Assembly: GCA_976226885.1 (NCBI GenBank)
Contig: OZ320314.1
Coordinates: forward strand, 81,468,001-81,532,000
Direction of reading: 5' to 3'
DNA from: Iphione sp. A-MEVVRFRX5
Lineage: Eukaryota
DNA length: 64,000 nt
A program made the position numbers and the translations under genes. Below are positions 36,951 through 49,652 of the stretch, piece by piece. Numbering within the stretch: position 1 is the stretch's first letter; each line of letters opens with the position of its first letter. A model generated the notes under the pieces. That model saw only the letters and a program-made list of their open reading frames with translations. It did no database searches and was not told the origin of the DNA.

Positions 36951-39900
36951 GTAGTGCCTAGCCAAACAGCAGTCCGGGTTAACGATGACGATAAGCTATG
37001 GAAGATCGCATCAGTTGAGACTAAATAGGAGCCTGCGGGTTTGGACAGTCTTGGGTGCACTGACCGAGATATCTGCTTTAATTCTCTCCAGGGTCATTGT
37101 GTTGATTATCAGGATGACATATTCTAAAAGGGAGTTAGCTAGAGACCATCATAGATTATGCAGTCTGCATCTTTCGAAGTAGATAATGAAAATATCGATC
37201 TTTATTTTCTATAAATCTTCCAGCAGGGAGCACCGGCTCCGATTGCAATTGTGTCACAAATACATGATGTAGATATATGTGACCAAGAGTTACGTGGAGT
37301 TGCCACGTTCTAGCGAAAGAGCGCACCGGTGCATGTTGACCAACGCTGCTGACAGACGCCGTCCAATATTGCTGGCAAAGGCAAGTAATTTTTACCCCAA
37401 ACAGTCCCCGAGAAGCTGGCCACTCTATTCCACTTGCCCCGTGAGGGAGTGAGGACAATATTTGCACAAAAATGCTACATCGGCGTTGTATGCTGAGCAA
37501 ACCGATCACTCAAAGGACATTGATTTAAAGGCATAATGCGCCGCTGTCTAAGGCTATAATGGCACATTTACTGGCTTCTTTGACTGCTACCGCGTTAATG
37601 AACCGACACGGGCTTGGGTACACTGCCAAGTCGATGGTATTCATAGAGACACAAAAGAGCAGTGTCAGAAGCCAATAAAACATTGTCGTCATAATGCACA
37701 CTTGAAGCTCTATCGACAATACGGTCACTGCCTGAAGGGTTCATCATTTCATAGGAATCCGTGACTTCTACCGGGAGGCCTCACTGTGCCCCTACTCCTC
37801 CATCTAACCCTCCCTCCCCTCTTTTGGCCTCCTGTGTCCCCTGCCGCCCCTTTTTATACCGTCCACAACCATAGCAAAAACATACCCGCGGGCAGAATTG
37901 AAGCATTCCCAGCTTGAGGGAGCTCATTCCACCAGCAGACACCTCGGAACGTGTTGCCATGGATAGGACGGCACACAGAGAAGCTCTCTCTCAGTTTGAA
38001 TAACAAGGCAAGCGAAAAGGCAGCCAGACATGCGATTTGGGAGGACTTGTCAATGAACAGTCTGCCAACGTCGCATCCAAGGCGACAACCATGAAAGCGC
38101 CCCCGCTGGATTGTTCGCCCATAAGCCGATGCCAGTGCCATAGGGCGAGGATGTACGCATGCGTCCACCGTGGAAAGAAAAACTGACCGCCGTCAAATGC
38201 CTGTCACGCATCTGGACGTGGCAGGGCTGTTGCTCTTGCTGGAAGGACGGCTAAAGAGAAGACATGAACGTTTGCACAATTTACTCCTCTTATTTTCAGC
38301 GCAAACGATCTCAGTACGCAATCGTAAGTTGGGTAGATTTCGGTATGGCTTCAGTGTTAATTCTCGTGCACTTTGCGACCCACCGTCGATAGACCCAAGC
38401 ATAGGTCCCTTTGTGGGGCGCAGGGACGAGCTCAGACCCGAGGTCAACAATTCGAATAGGCATAGCAGTCAGCAGGTTCAGATCGTGCGTGCTTCAAAGA
38501 ACAGCAACTTTAGCTGGCGATCAAAAGGACTTAGAGAAGCATATGGACAGCCGAAAGGGCGTTACTCAAAATACGTAACGTAGACTGCTAAATAAGCGTC
38601 TATGTGAGTGTTAAAAATGTCAGTGATGCTATAGTCTGAAAAAAGTCACCTGAGGAAGAGACTAGAACGATGTAAGTGTGAGAAGTATATGTTTAAGTGC
38701 AGTTTATTTTTGAAAAAACGAGACTATTTACCATTTTAGTGCACATACACAGTCCTATTGAGGGAATGTCTAAGTAGTAGGAGCGCAAGTGAATACGCAC
38801 AGTGACCTTCGCATTAAATGCTGAAAATTTGCAGTTGAACGAACACCAGAACAAGCATTTGGAACTAATCGGTACCAATATCCACACAAAAAGGTGGTGT
38901 TTACTGTAAATGGAATGAGTAAATAAAGGTACCTTGGCAAAGTAACTGCGTGTCAGTGGAGGTATTCTGTGGGCCACTTAACATACATGGACTACTACAC
39001 TTTCTGCTGCCCTGTGTGGGAAGGGTGTACCCGACAACAATCCGAAAGGCTCGAGCATATAGATACATTCCATTCGTTGCTCATTGATCCCCAACTGAAC
39101 TGGACAATGTCCAGAAAGCTATCAGGTGCCGACTCCCGACGGAATATCAATACACAATTACCACATGCGAGGACGGGAGGACAGTTGCCGTCATTGTTGA
39201 CGTGAAAGCATGCGGTGGGGCCAGGTTCTGCTCCTCCGCGTGTCACCTGTACCCCGCGTGTGCCTCACTTAAGGCCAAACAGCTGTTGGTTGTCAATAGT
39301 TACCATGGCCTGAGCCTCACAGGTCATTCAGCAACGGGTTGAGATATGGGGAAAATTCCGTTAATACCATCACTAAACATAAAGTATAGCGACAAAAGAA
39401 ATATAAATGTCCACATTCCGACAAGATTTCAACAAAGAGACCAAGTAGAGCAGAGGCGTTTATTTTATCGACAAGTTTACGTACTGGACACCGTTTCTTG
39501 CCGATACAAAGGATCCTTTCACGGATGTTTATCTATGGCCGTTCTCAAAGTTCGCTCATGGCTAAGTTATGTCCATATAACCAGGGGAAAACAAACATTG
39601 GACAATTGCAATGCCATGTATGGGTCTGGCAACTTCGTCCAATGCACTGGGTGAATATCACATGTGTGCTCCAGTGCACAAAATCAAAGTCTGGCACATC
39701 TGGGGTTGGGAGAACAGCAAAGGTTAGAGATTGGTTTGGGTCTGCGGTTTAGCTTACTTGTTTTCAGGGAACCTCCAGTCAATTAGAGCTTGTTGCCAAC
39801 AGGTGCAAGGCCACGCCTTTAACTGAATAAAACAAAACAGTTGTTGGCAACCTGCTGCATCCAGGCTTCCTTCCTTTTGCTGCATGCCTCCAACGCACCT

Positions 39901-41887
39901 CCCAAACCTACATCGCAAAACTGAGAACCACAGCCAGAATCAATGTTGTGACAAGTTGTTAACACGACAAGCTCTTATTGCACGAGCGTCCAACGCAGCG
40001 GGGCCTAGAGTTGCGTCGATATCTCCATCCGGCAGCTTTTACATTCCATCTTGCAGTTCTTTCCTCCTGCTAACTAACGAGACAATGGCATAGGTGAAGA
40101 GATAGGAGGGGCGGTGCCCATCCGCCTTGCATATGACGGCACAGACTTCATTTCTCTTTATCTCCCATAGTGGGAAGAAACCTATGGCGACCGCATAAGA
40201 AGGTCTCCAACGGTATCAGTATTTAGTAAAAAAAACAAGCATACCAATACTCCTTCACGAGGCTTCAGTTTATTGCGACTTCACCCAATCAGCCTATCAG
40301 GGAGTACGTTATGAATTTGATCCCATATGTTGGCTCCATCTGCGCCTCGTTGGTTGTAACTAAATAAATCTCTGTTCTTGGAGGGATGGGTAAAGCTGGT
40401 CTATTTAGCAATGAAGCCAACAACATTCCATTCGATTTAGACAAAAGGCGAAAAAATATATACATGTAGTAGGTAAATGTAGGTCGTGGATCCAATCACT
40501 ACATAATAGATATAATAACAGGGGAGTTATATTACCAACGACTGCGCGGTTAGATTAGAATCACATTTAAATTAACCTCATTATCAAAAGGTAAATAGCC
40601 TAAGGGCAGCGTTATGCTACATGGTGCACGTGTAGACACAATCTCTGACAATAAATTTATCACCGTTTAGATATATAGGCCATGATTAAGGACGTTACAT
40701 AAATCATTCTTGCTTTCGGTGAAAAAAATCTACGTACACGTGCAAATAAATCAACTCTTTATCTTCTTTGATTAAGCGGTCAGAGAATTAATCTTAATTT
40801 TAATTAGAGAAGTTAAAGGGCACATTTTTTGTAAAAACCATAAGCATCTACAAAATGGACATTTCGTCTAAAACTCCATGTAGGAGCAGGTGTGTACGTC
40901 TTCACTTGCTTCTTGCAATGATAAAATTCAGAATGGGTATGTTTTTAATGGATGATGGCAGGATAACAAAACTGGGAAGTGTTAGGTGGGATATGTCCGA
41001 CAGAACGTACTGTAAAAGGAGCCGACTGCACTTCGGACTTGGGCATCTCAGGGTCCACCTGGACCTTCCCATCCATTTGATGTCGTTATGTAGTTAGCCT
41101 TCTAAATGCCCAGAGGAGACCGTACTGGGGGAGGGCGAGTGCCTCTGGCCCTGGTTGCGGCCGGCTACTCGAGCGCCTCATTTGCCGCTAACACTGTTGT
41201 GCCCCCGCCTGGCCGCCACCGTCACGATAGATGGCGCGCTGGTTGGTCCTTAGCACAGCGCAGCACGCGTCAAACTTGGCTGGGGCGATACACACTATAC
41301 TTTGTCTTTACCAAAAAAAAGGAAAAAAACCTTAGGCCATTATGAGAACTACGCAAAGTAATGCTTCCCTCTCCGTCGGTGTCTGCTAGATAGACGGCTT
41401 TCGAGAGCATGTATCAAAGGCCGTGTTTGCGACACGGTTTTAGTTCTTTGGAGGGTCGACGTTCATTTATATGGGATAAGTGCCTCTGACCCGACCGGCC
41501 GCTTTTGTACAGAGAGGGAATGAAACACTCTTAAAAACGCCCCCCCCCATTTATGCAGCAACTATACTTTTGATTTCTTGAAGAGGCCGTTTGTAAAACC
41601 GAAGTAACATTTAGCCCTTTACGGTTTGAATAACCTATTGTCATCAATCAAGGCAACGATATGGACTCGGAGGCACGACCTTAACACAAAGAACAAAAAG
41701 AGACACTTTCACCTAAACTTTTCTCTGTCACCATAGGCTTTGGGTTCCTTTTTTTTCAGAAACGTAAAAAGCAAACCATGACGCCCAGTGATTTCTTCTT
41801 GCTTCCGCATGGCCAACGATTATATGGAAAACATCTGACGCTTATTCATCGGCGTTTCTTTCGTGATGCCACGTTGTTGTCATATCT

Positions 41888-41902
41888 ACACACACACATT
41901 TC

Positions 41903-41937
<35 letters not shown>
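41888..41937 (+). repeat. (CA)n microsatellite, interrupted
   Basis: Direct reading of sequence. Confidence 0.95.
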
Positions 41938-41939
<2 letters not shown>

Positions 41940-44004
41940 GCACTTTTCGCCTTGTCCCTGTGCGTACCCTAATCCAGATTACAAAGAGCAGGGCATTTAT
42001 CGTGCTGTCCGTATACCCCCTGGGACTATTCACAGCTTTGTCATCATAGCTCGTACCAGCTGAGGTCGATAACCCCAGATTCCAGCCTATTAGTTGCATG
42101 GGTGTGAACTCACGGAGGATGACCGGCCATCTCTCAGGAGACCCACCAAGGAGTGGGGACTCGTCGTTCACTGCAGATTTATTGAATGGAATACATTGTA
42201 CATGTACATAAAATCCGCACGCTGGACCCTTGACCCATGTGGTATGTGTGCACCTGTGTTCCCATGGGGTAAATAATGATATAGATAAAGCATACAGAAT
42301 GGTAGAGAGCCTATACCGAGAGCAAATATACCGACTGGTCGATACTCCCTAAATAAACGGACCGTCCTTCCTTTCTGCGACCTGTGAATACCACTGTTAC
42401 CCCTGTATTATTGTGTTGCAGTATTCTCCGTTTTGCCTATATGTTCTTTGATCTGGCATATTTACTTGGTTTGACTGCGAGCAAGAAACAGTGAGAGGCT
42501 CAAGGCAGGTATGTAGAGAGTCAACTGCTGGCCTGCATCCTCGATCGGCGGCGGGAGGCTTAACTCAGTCCGCTAGCGAAGGGAACGGCCTACTCCTGCC
42601 CCGAGGGCCCATTGCCTCTGGAGGCTGGCGAGCGTATGCCTTGCGGACATTGGCTGACAATTAACTGTCAACTGCGTCGTCGGGTCTTCTACGATGCAGC
42701 GCCACTATTCTGTATTTATTTTCACATCTGCAAAAGAGCAAACATGGGGGCCCTTTATTGACCGGCGGGTCACCTATTCGTCGGCCGCCTTCAGCGCTAC
42801 ACCACCATCGCATAATCATAGGTAACGACTGCTGACCGAGTTGCTTATGATTACTATACGCAGGCCGCTTGCTGTTCATTGGGGTCCGGTGTAGCCATCA
42901 ATTTTTCAACTTAATCCAAACACGGTAAGTCGGGAGTGCACTAAAAGCTGTGGGCGTTCAGGGTGAGGCCGAGACGAGGTCTGTGTCAATGAGACGATGA
43001 CTCATGGTTACATTCTTGCATCATGAAAGTGGACTACTGCATGGGAGAGGTTATTGGGCCGTTTCTATAATATCAACTTTATCTTAATGGAAATCATCTG
43101 TATAATAACGTATATCGACCCACGAGGGACCCCGTCCAAGCAGAGTGTATATCCAACGTAATGATAGCGGGGAATTACTCTTATCAGTAACCATTAAAAT
43201 GTCCACTTTTAGCTTTGTCTACATCACTGTCTGCCTGCCCGTCTGGTTGATCTCTTTAATTTTACCAACTAGCATTTTATCCCACATCATGGGTAGTTTC
43301 ATCTCTAGCTCTTTGCAATAAATTTATTCGTGGATTGCATGTTTATCTACCACTGAGACACCATTCTATTCCTCCATTTTAAAATATTTATATACATGTT
43401 TAATCACATAAATAAATATATATGATCGAATCAAGAAATACAGAGAAACAAACAACTGATTACAACGATGGGCTGAATACATTCATATAGATGCACCTGT
43501 GTATCCAAAGAATGCAATTATGGCGAATACAACTAGTCTTTCTGCCGCTGTTTGCATGACATTCACCCTGTACATCGACCATCCCATATTTCTTATTCTG
43601 ATGCGATTTTTTCCTTATTTGTGGGCATTTTTCCATGGCGATTATAGTTCTATAGGCCACTCTTTGCGGTGCGTGTGCAAGTATCATATATAACGATGGT
43701 CCGGCCTCCGCGCCCCGACTTTGATTCTCTATTTCATTTATATGGCCCTAATCGCAGTCGGCCCTTTTTGACAGTTGGGGACCACTCCATCACTGTGTAC
43801 GGAGCCTAGTTCTGTATCCTGTGTATATATGGCTACGTTGTTCCGCATCTCTTGTATCAATATTTAAACAGACCTCATCCTAGCCCCCTGATGCCATTGT
43901 TTCTGCGCGTGCATACATCCCCACACAGCAGGTCGATAACGAATAGCGTCTTGTCTACACCATGATTGACTTGCAGGATGAAAGTAATAACAGCGAAAAT
44001 GGGA

Positions 44005-44183
44005 ATGAATGATGATGATGATATCAGTATAGCGGTTATAATTATGATAACAAAGATGTTACTTAAGAAAATAGTATAATAATGGTCATGACAATAATAA
44101 TAATAATCATGATAATAAAAATAAAAACAACATTAATAATGATAACGATGGTGATGATGATGATGATGATGATGATTGATGAT
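44005..44183 (+). repeat. Low-complexity (GAT/AAT)n region
   Basis: Pure GAT run 44152-44175 within a longer ATA/ATG-rich tract. Confidence 0.85.
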
Positions 44184-45526
44184 TCACAGGGAAGAAAACA
44201 TGGACCATTTTGAAACACGTGCTGCATGAAATTAGGCATAGTGGTAGTTATAATGTCATTCAGTTCCTAGCATGACACTTTTTACTAGTCCCATTCATTG
44301 TTTTTTTCAGACTCATCAATAAAAAGGGGGAAAATAGTCATCTACTTCTACTGGTCATTTATCATTTAAAGGTGCAGGGCTCCTCTCACCACCGTCGTTT
44401 CTTTATTCATGTACATGTACATGATGTACATACATATGTACACTGACACACGATTATTTCTTATGTCATTTCACCTCCCGTTTACACCTGAGCCCGATTC
44501 ATATATAAGGACCTCTCTATGAAGAAAACAAGAGGCTCTGCATTTCAGTGTATCGGGATCTACTGCAGGGGCTGCATCTCTACCACTTCTCTATTCGTGC
44601 TGTATTGACATATTTTGCTGGCTAGAGCACACCTGGGAGCGAATGAGCGATGATATGACGCAGCGCATAATCCTTCATCTTGCTTTTGTTTGTATACAAC
44701 TGTTCACAACCCTTTTTGGAGGCTTGAGTATGGTACCCAGCCACTTAGCACATAGGGGTGGCAGAGCAGCGTATACAGAGCAGGCACGGAATAAAACACG
44801 GCAGTTTTGAGCATGAATGTTACCAGTCGCCATTGGTAACGACACCATGGAAATTGTTTTCTAATGTGTAACTGGTGCGCCAAATTCGTTGTAGTAGCAT
44901 GTAGTGCGTGTGACTAAGTGTTTTTTTCCCGTTAATCGTGTGAATAGGAATTATCATAACAGGTCTTATTATTGGATCGTGCTGCTTAATCAATTACACT
45001 CGAAGGTACAATCATCGCTGTGATGAGAGCACATACTAATGCATGATTTAATGGTAATTATTTCTCGCTGCTGGGTGCTGGGTGTGAAAAAGTGTGTGGT
45101 ATCTGATATATGTGGATGTGACAGGTGTCCCCCTTATTGTTCCTCTTACCACCGTAGACCAGTAATCTGTCTCTTCTCGTATTCAACAACGATTGTGGTA
45201 TAGCTTCTAGCTTGTTTCTTGTCCACCGTCCTCATCCCCCGGACCTAAAAACACTGGCTGGCAGCCAGTGCTATACATTATTCACGGCAATTTCGATTAT
45301 GCGGTCCCGCCCACCCAGTCATCGCCCACCTTGTAACTGCCTTCACTGGTAATGCCCTTAATCATGCATGGCGACATGGTTGGGGGTTGGGGAGATCAAC
45401 GGCAGGCCCGCGTCAAGGTGCTGGACATATCAGCCAAATGCTGACCCATAGACTCATCCATCATCACGCTCGGGTCTATATAATCGGGTAGTGCCTCGAT
45501 CGCGAGCATATATAGAGCGAGGGGAG

Positions 45527-45529
<3 letters not shown>

Positions 45530-45591
<62 letters not shown>
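45530..45591 (+). repeat. (GA)31 microsatellite
   Basis: Direct reading of sequence. Confidence 0.98.
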
Positions 45592-45594
<3 letters not shown>

Positions 45595-48189
45595 AAAACA
45601 TGTACATGTATACATATATAGGCTCGAAGTATTGGAGCGACTTCCATTCGCAGCAGAAGAGGGCCCTCATCGGATTGACTGGCTTCATCGGCAACAATGA
45701 GCATCGTATAAGCTGGAGGGGAGAACCATTCAACCGTGACTGAGCAGCGTGATAAACGAGGCACCGTACGACTAGTGCCATGGTGAGGGTGTCTTTAAAA
45801 TATGGTCGCCACGCGAGGTGCATCGAAAACTGGCAATTGAAGTTCTTCCCGCCCCCCCCCTCTTTTCTCCCACACCTCATACAACACAGCTCAGTACCTC
45901 TGTCCCCTTTGTACACAAATAGTTAACGCCCGCCACCGGCTTGATTCGCGCTGGTCGATAACGCACTGGCCAGTACTGCACAGACGCGGGTCACTCCCAA
46001 CATGCGATGAACGAATTTATCTCCATTTGCACCCGTTCGGAATAAATGTATCGAGGAGTCCGACGGGTTCAACACGCCGGCCCCGTCCACACCGCGGCTT
46101 AACCTGAACAACGCTGTTCATTGGGTAAAATGGGTCACGTGACTCAGGTCCGGCTCCAGAACGCATGTCAACAATGGCTTACTTGACCATCAGTACAATG
46201 TCGAACGTTCTATTTCACAGATGTCGACATGTCAGCACCCTGGGACGTGGCGTCCCCACGGGTGACGTGCGTCTCGTGCGTGGTAACGTTATACGCGTAT
46301 GTCACGTGTGTGTTTTTAAAATATGAACACAGTGCATAAATAGTATTTTTTCGAACAAGTATTTCTCAAAGCTTATGTGAATCTGACAAAAGACGCTCGT
46401 TGTTTTAGGGCTTGTGAGAGATTTTTAGAAGAGCGGAATTTCATCATTTCATGAAATCTCGGTTCAGTTTGCGAACTTCAACAGCAAATATTTTTCATTT
46501 GAGACAATCTTTACTTAAGAAACGAAAATTATGCCTTACCTTAGAATGGATTAAAGCCTGTTTTGGTAAATCCTTTCATTCAATCGTTAAAGAAAGATCC
46601 ATCTCAGCCTCACCCTGAAAAGAATGGATAACAATTGATCAGAGGCAGGAACTGAAAAAGGAAGAACAATACTTCGGACTGCCGTTGATAACAAGAAATA
46701 GTCATTGACCAAATGCCCACTTTTTTCAGTGAAAAAATCATGCAAGCAAAGGATCCATCTGTTTCTACAATGGCCAAGAAAATGTCAAGAGCTTATTTGA
46801 AGTTTTACAGATGAATGCTCAAACACGCACATAGGCGCACCTATGGTGTGCTTTTTAACTGTCGCCTTCAGAAAGATGCCAGCTGGATCTCAGAAATATA
46901 TAGAACTACCTTTTTTGTACCGCACATCCAGTTAAGAGTTTTATCGATTGCATTAATATTTCTTTGGCAAATTTACGTTCATATTCGTAAGCCATACCTA
47001 ATCTGTTGCTCACTCTAATTAAGCTAAAAGCACAAGAACTACAGTCATAGGCTAAATGTTTTCGTCCTTATACATTTCATCGATAAATTCTGTTCTTTGT
47101 CATATTAGCACTGAGTGAATTATGTATCGTCTCGTGGCTACTTTATACATGTAGCGACAAGATTACAAGTGCCACCAATTTATCGTTGTAAATAAGCGAA
47201 CAGCTATTATGTTGGTTTTGCGAGGGTGAACGAATGACTTCTATCCTTTACATGCATTTTTTCGTGCTCTGTGTGCGTCTCTCTTCATCTCTTTCTTCCT
47301 TTGCTTTTCATGGTAGGTAAAAAGCCCTTCTACCCACTCCACCGTTAGGTCAGCTGACCAATTACTCCCTCTAATGCTCAGGGGGCAGTGATCCACGGCT
47401 GTGGAAAGACGGACGGGAAACCCTCCTTCCCCTAAATGACCACTAGGGCGCTTGGAGAGGGGTCTCCGGTCGGGATCAAGCCCAGTACCAACCCCCAGCG
47501 CTGGCATCGCTCACAGGTGCTGGCTCTCTCACGTCGTTTACAGAAAGGTCCACTCAAAAGTACCTGGAGGACAGCAAGGACCGCGCTTAATCCTCCCCGA
47601 CTGATATATATTACAGCGCAAAAGGGGCAGATCTGGGTTTCTGGAATGAAGCCAGGAAAAGAACAGCAAAGCGGGCGCAAGTGAAAGGCATATTTATGTG
47701 GGATTTTCGTATGAAGGTGGAAGCGAAAGCAAAGTGCACTGACACCATAATCTAACAAGTAGATGGCTGAATTATATAATGATAGGATCCTGAGAAAACA
47801 TTTCTCTCATAACGAGAAATGAAAATGATGTAAACTAGAGTCTTGGCATTTCAAAATGGCTTTAATGATCCCTCTAGTTCCCGTGCAGTTCATGCCTACG
47901 TGCGTTTATAGTAGAACACATATAAATTTAAAACTACTTACATATTATTATTTGTAATCATAATAGTTAACTATACATTATGTACACATTATGTCATATT
48001 GTCTCTCGAACCTATCAGTTTGGAACTATTTATAATTTAAAATGTCAATTAGGGCATATTTGTATTGGTGTCCTAGTAAGCAAAAGGACACAATCATATA
48101 CCAATTCATGTGTACAACCAGAGAGTTTACTTTTGTATCTTTATGTTATTATAAAAGTTGAAAAAATCATCTATCTCCAAGGGTTAGGC

Positions 48190-49278
48190 CGGTGTATCTT
48201 TGCATGCCCATAGAACTGGCTACTGGATTTCTGGATAGCTATTTCAGGAATAGGTTGCAATACATCGAGGTAAATGGAAAGTCATCAGGAATCAGGGCTC
48301 AAGACATGGGGGTAGCGCAGGGATTGCCTATTGGACCTATAGCCTTTAGCAGAGTTATCAATAGTTTAGCATCTATCTTTAAAAAAGGCGTATCGGTGAC
48401 TATATATGCAGACGATATAATGCTAGTCATTAGTGGAGTTGATGAAAAATCACTGATAGACAAAATTAAAGACTGCATGGTTAGGATGATAACATGGTGT
48501 AAACAAAATGCGATGATAATGAATGTAGAACAAAGTGCTTTCATGATGATTGGGACTAAAATAGCTCCCATAGGAAGCATCCACATCGGAGATCTCACTC
48601 TCAGGCATATTTCTTCCTGAACAATCTTGGGATACATCCTAAATAGGAAACTAACCTGGGTAGATCTGGTCAAAAAACTAAAAAGAAACATAAATTTGGC
48701 TTCATACAATCTGTCAAAAATCAAAAGGTTACTACCAAAGAAGACTAGGTATATGTTAATTGTGTGATGCATACGTCAATAGCCATGTTAGGTATGCAGC
48801 ACCATTTCTCATTGGAATAACTAAGAGTATGATGAGAGGTCTTCAAAGTACATATAAGAAGGCACAAAAAAGAATATTATTTTTGTATGGTGACAAGAAA
48901 CAATTGAAACAAATAGAAGATATAATTAGATTTGAAAACCTATGTGAAATACAGACTAAGGTTAGTCGGGGCGCTAGAGCACAGACAACTTGGTAGTACT
49001 CGTGACAGCAAGAAAATAAAACTGAAGACTGTTTGGAGAGGACTGAGAATAGTGGAGAGATTCTTCATCAAATTAGGAATAAGTCGATGGAATCAATTAC
49101 CAGAAAGTACAAAGAATTGTAGCAATATCTATAGTTTCAAGACGAAACTTTCAGCAGTGTAAGCATTTGTTGTAATCCCAACATAGTGTTAAGAGTTACA
49201 TTGTCTACCTCTGAAAAGCTTATGTATAAGATGTTGCGACAATAAACCTGCATTTAATATTATTATTATTATTATTAT
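48190..49278 (+). mobile_element. 5'-truncated, inactivated non-LTR retrotransposon (CR1/L2-group-like), RT motifs to 3' tail
   Basis: GVAQGLPIGP, YADD, WCKQNAMIMN, LGYILNRKLTW, AYVNSHVRY and WNQLP in successive frames; in-frame TGA at 48618, frameshifts near 48760 and 48960; ORF ends 49162, AATAAA 49241-49246, (TAT)7 tail 49258-49278. Clade assignment is from motif order and tail only. Confidence 0.9.
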
Positions 49279-49638
49279 CAAAAAATCCTCCATAAGCGTA
49301 AAATTATCAATATCTAGAACTCTTATTTACAGAAGATGAACGACAGTTTTCATACCTGACTTGATTTTAACTCACGATTCAGACGGGCAGAATGATGCAC
49401 GCCTAATGAGAGTGAATATAATGTATGCTTCACGATAAATGACTTGTAGGCATGGACAACTACAGCGACTCAACAGCACTGAGCTTTGCCTACGTATATG
49501 TGCCCAATCACGCCGGCCGTGAAACCCTGAAAGCATCACAATGCAGGACATAATGCGTGCTGCCGACAGCGCAGGGTCGCCCGCCCACCGTCCACTTTGT
49601 AGGTGTTGGAGAGGGCTACTTGGGCCACTCCTGCGAGG

Positions 49639-49652
49639 GCACCATCTGGCGG
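49639..49652 (-). promoter_or_regulatory. CTCF-like motif
   Basis: CCGCCAGATGGTGC on the minus strand, one core mismatch. Confidence 0.4.

Noticed and set aside
46620-46810. KEWITIDQRQELKK, resembling an RTE-type LINE linker
   Set aside because: Too short, with no flanking EN or RT motifs.
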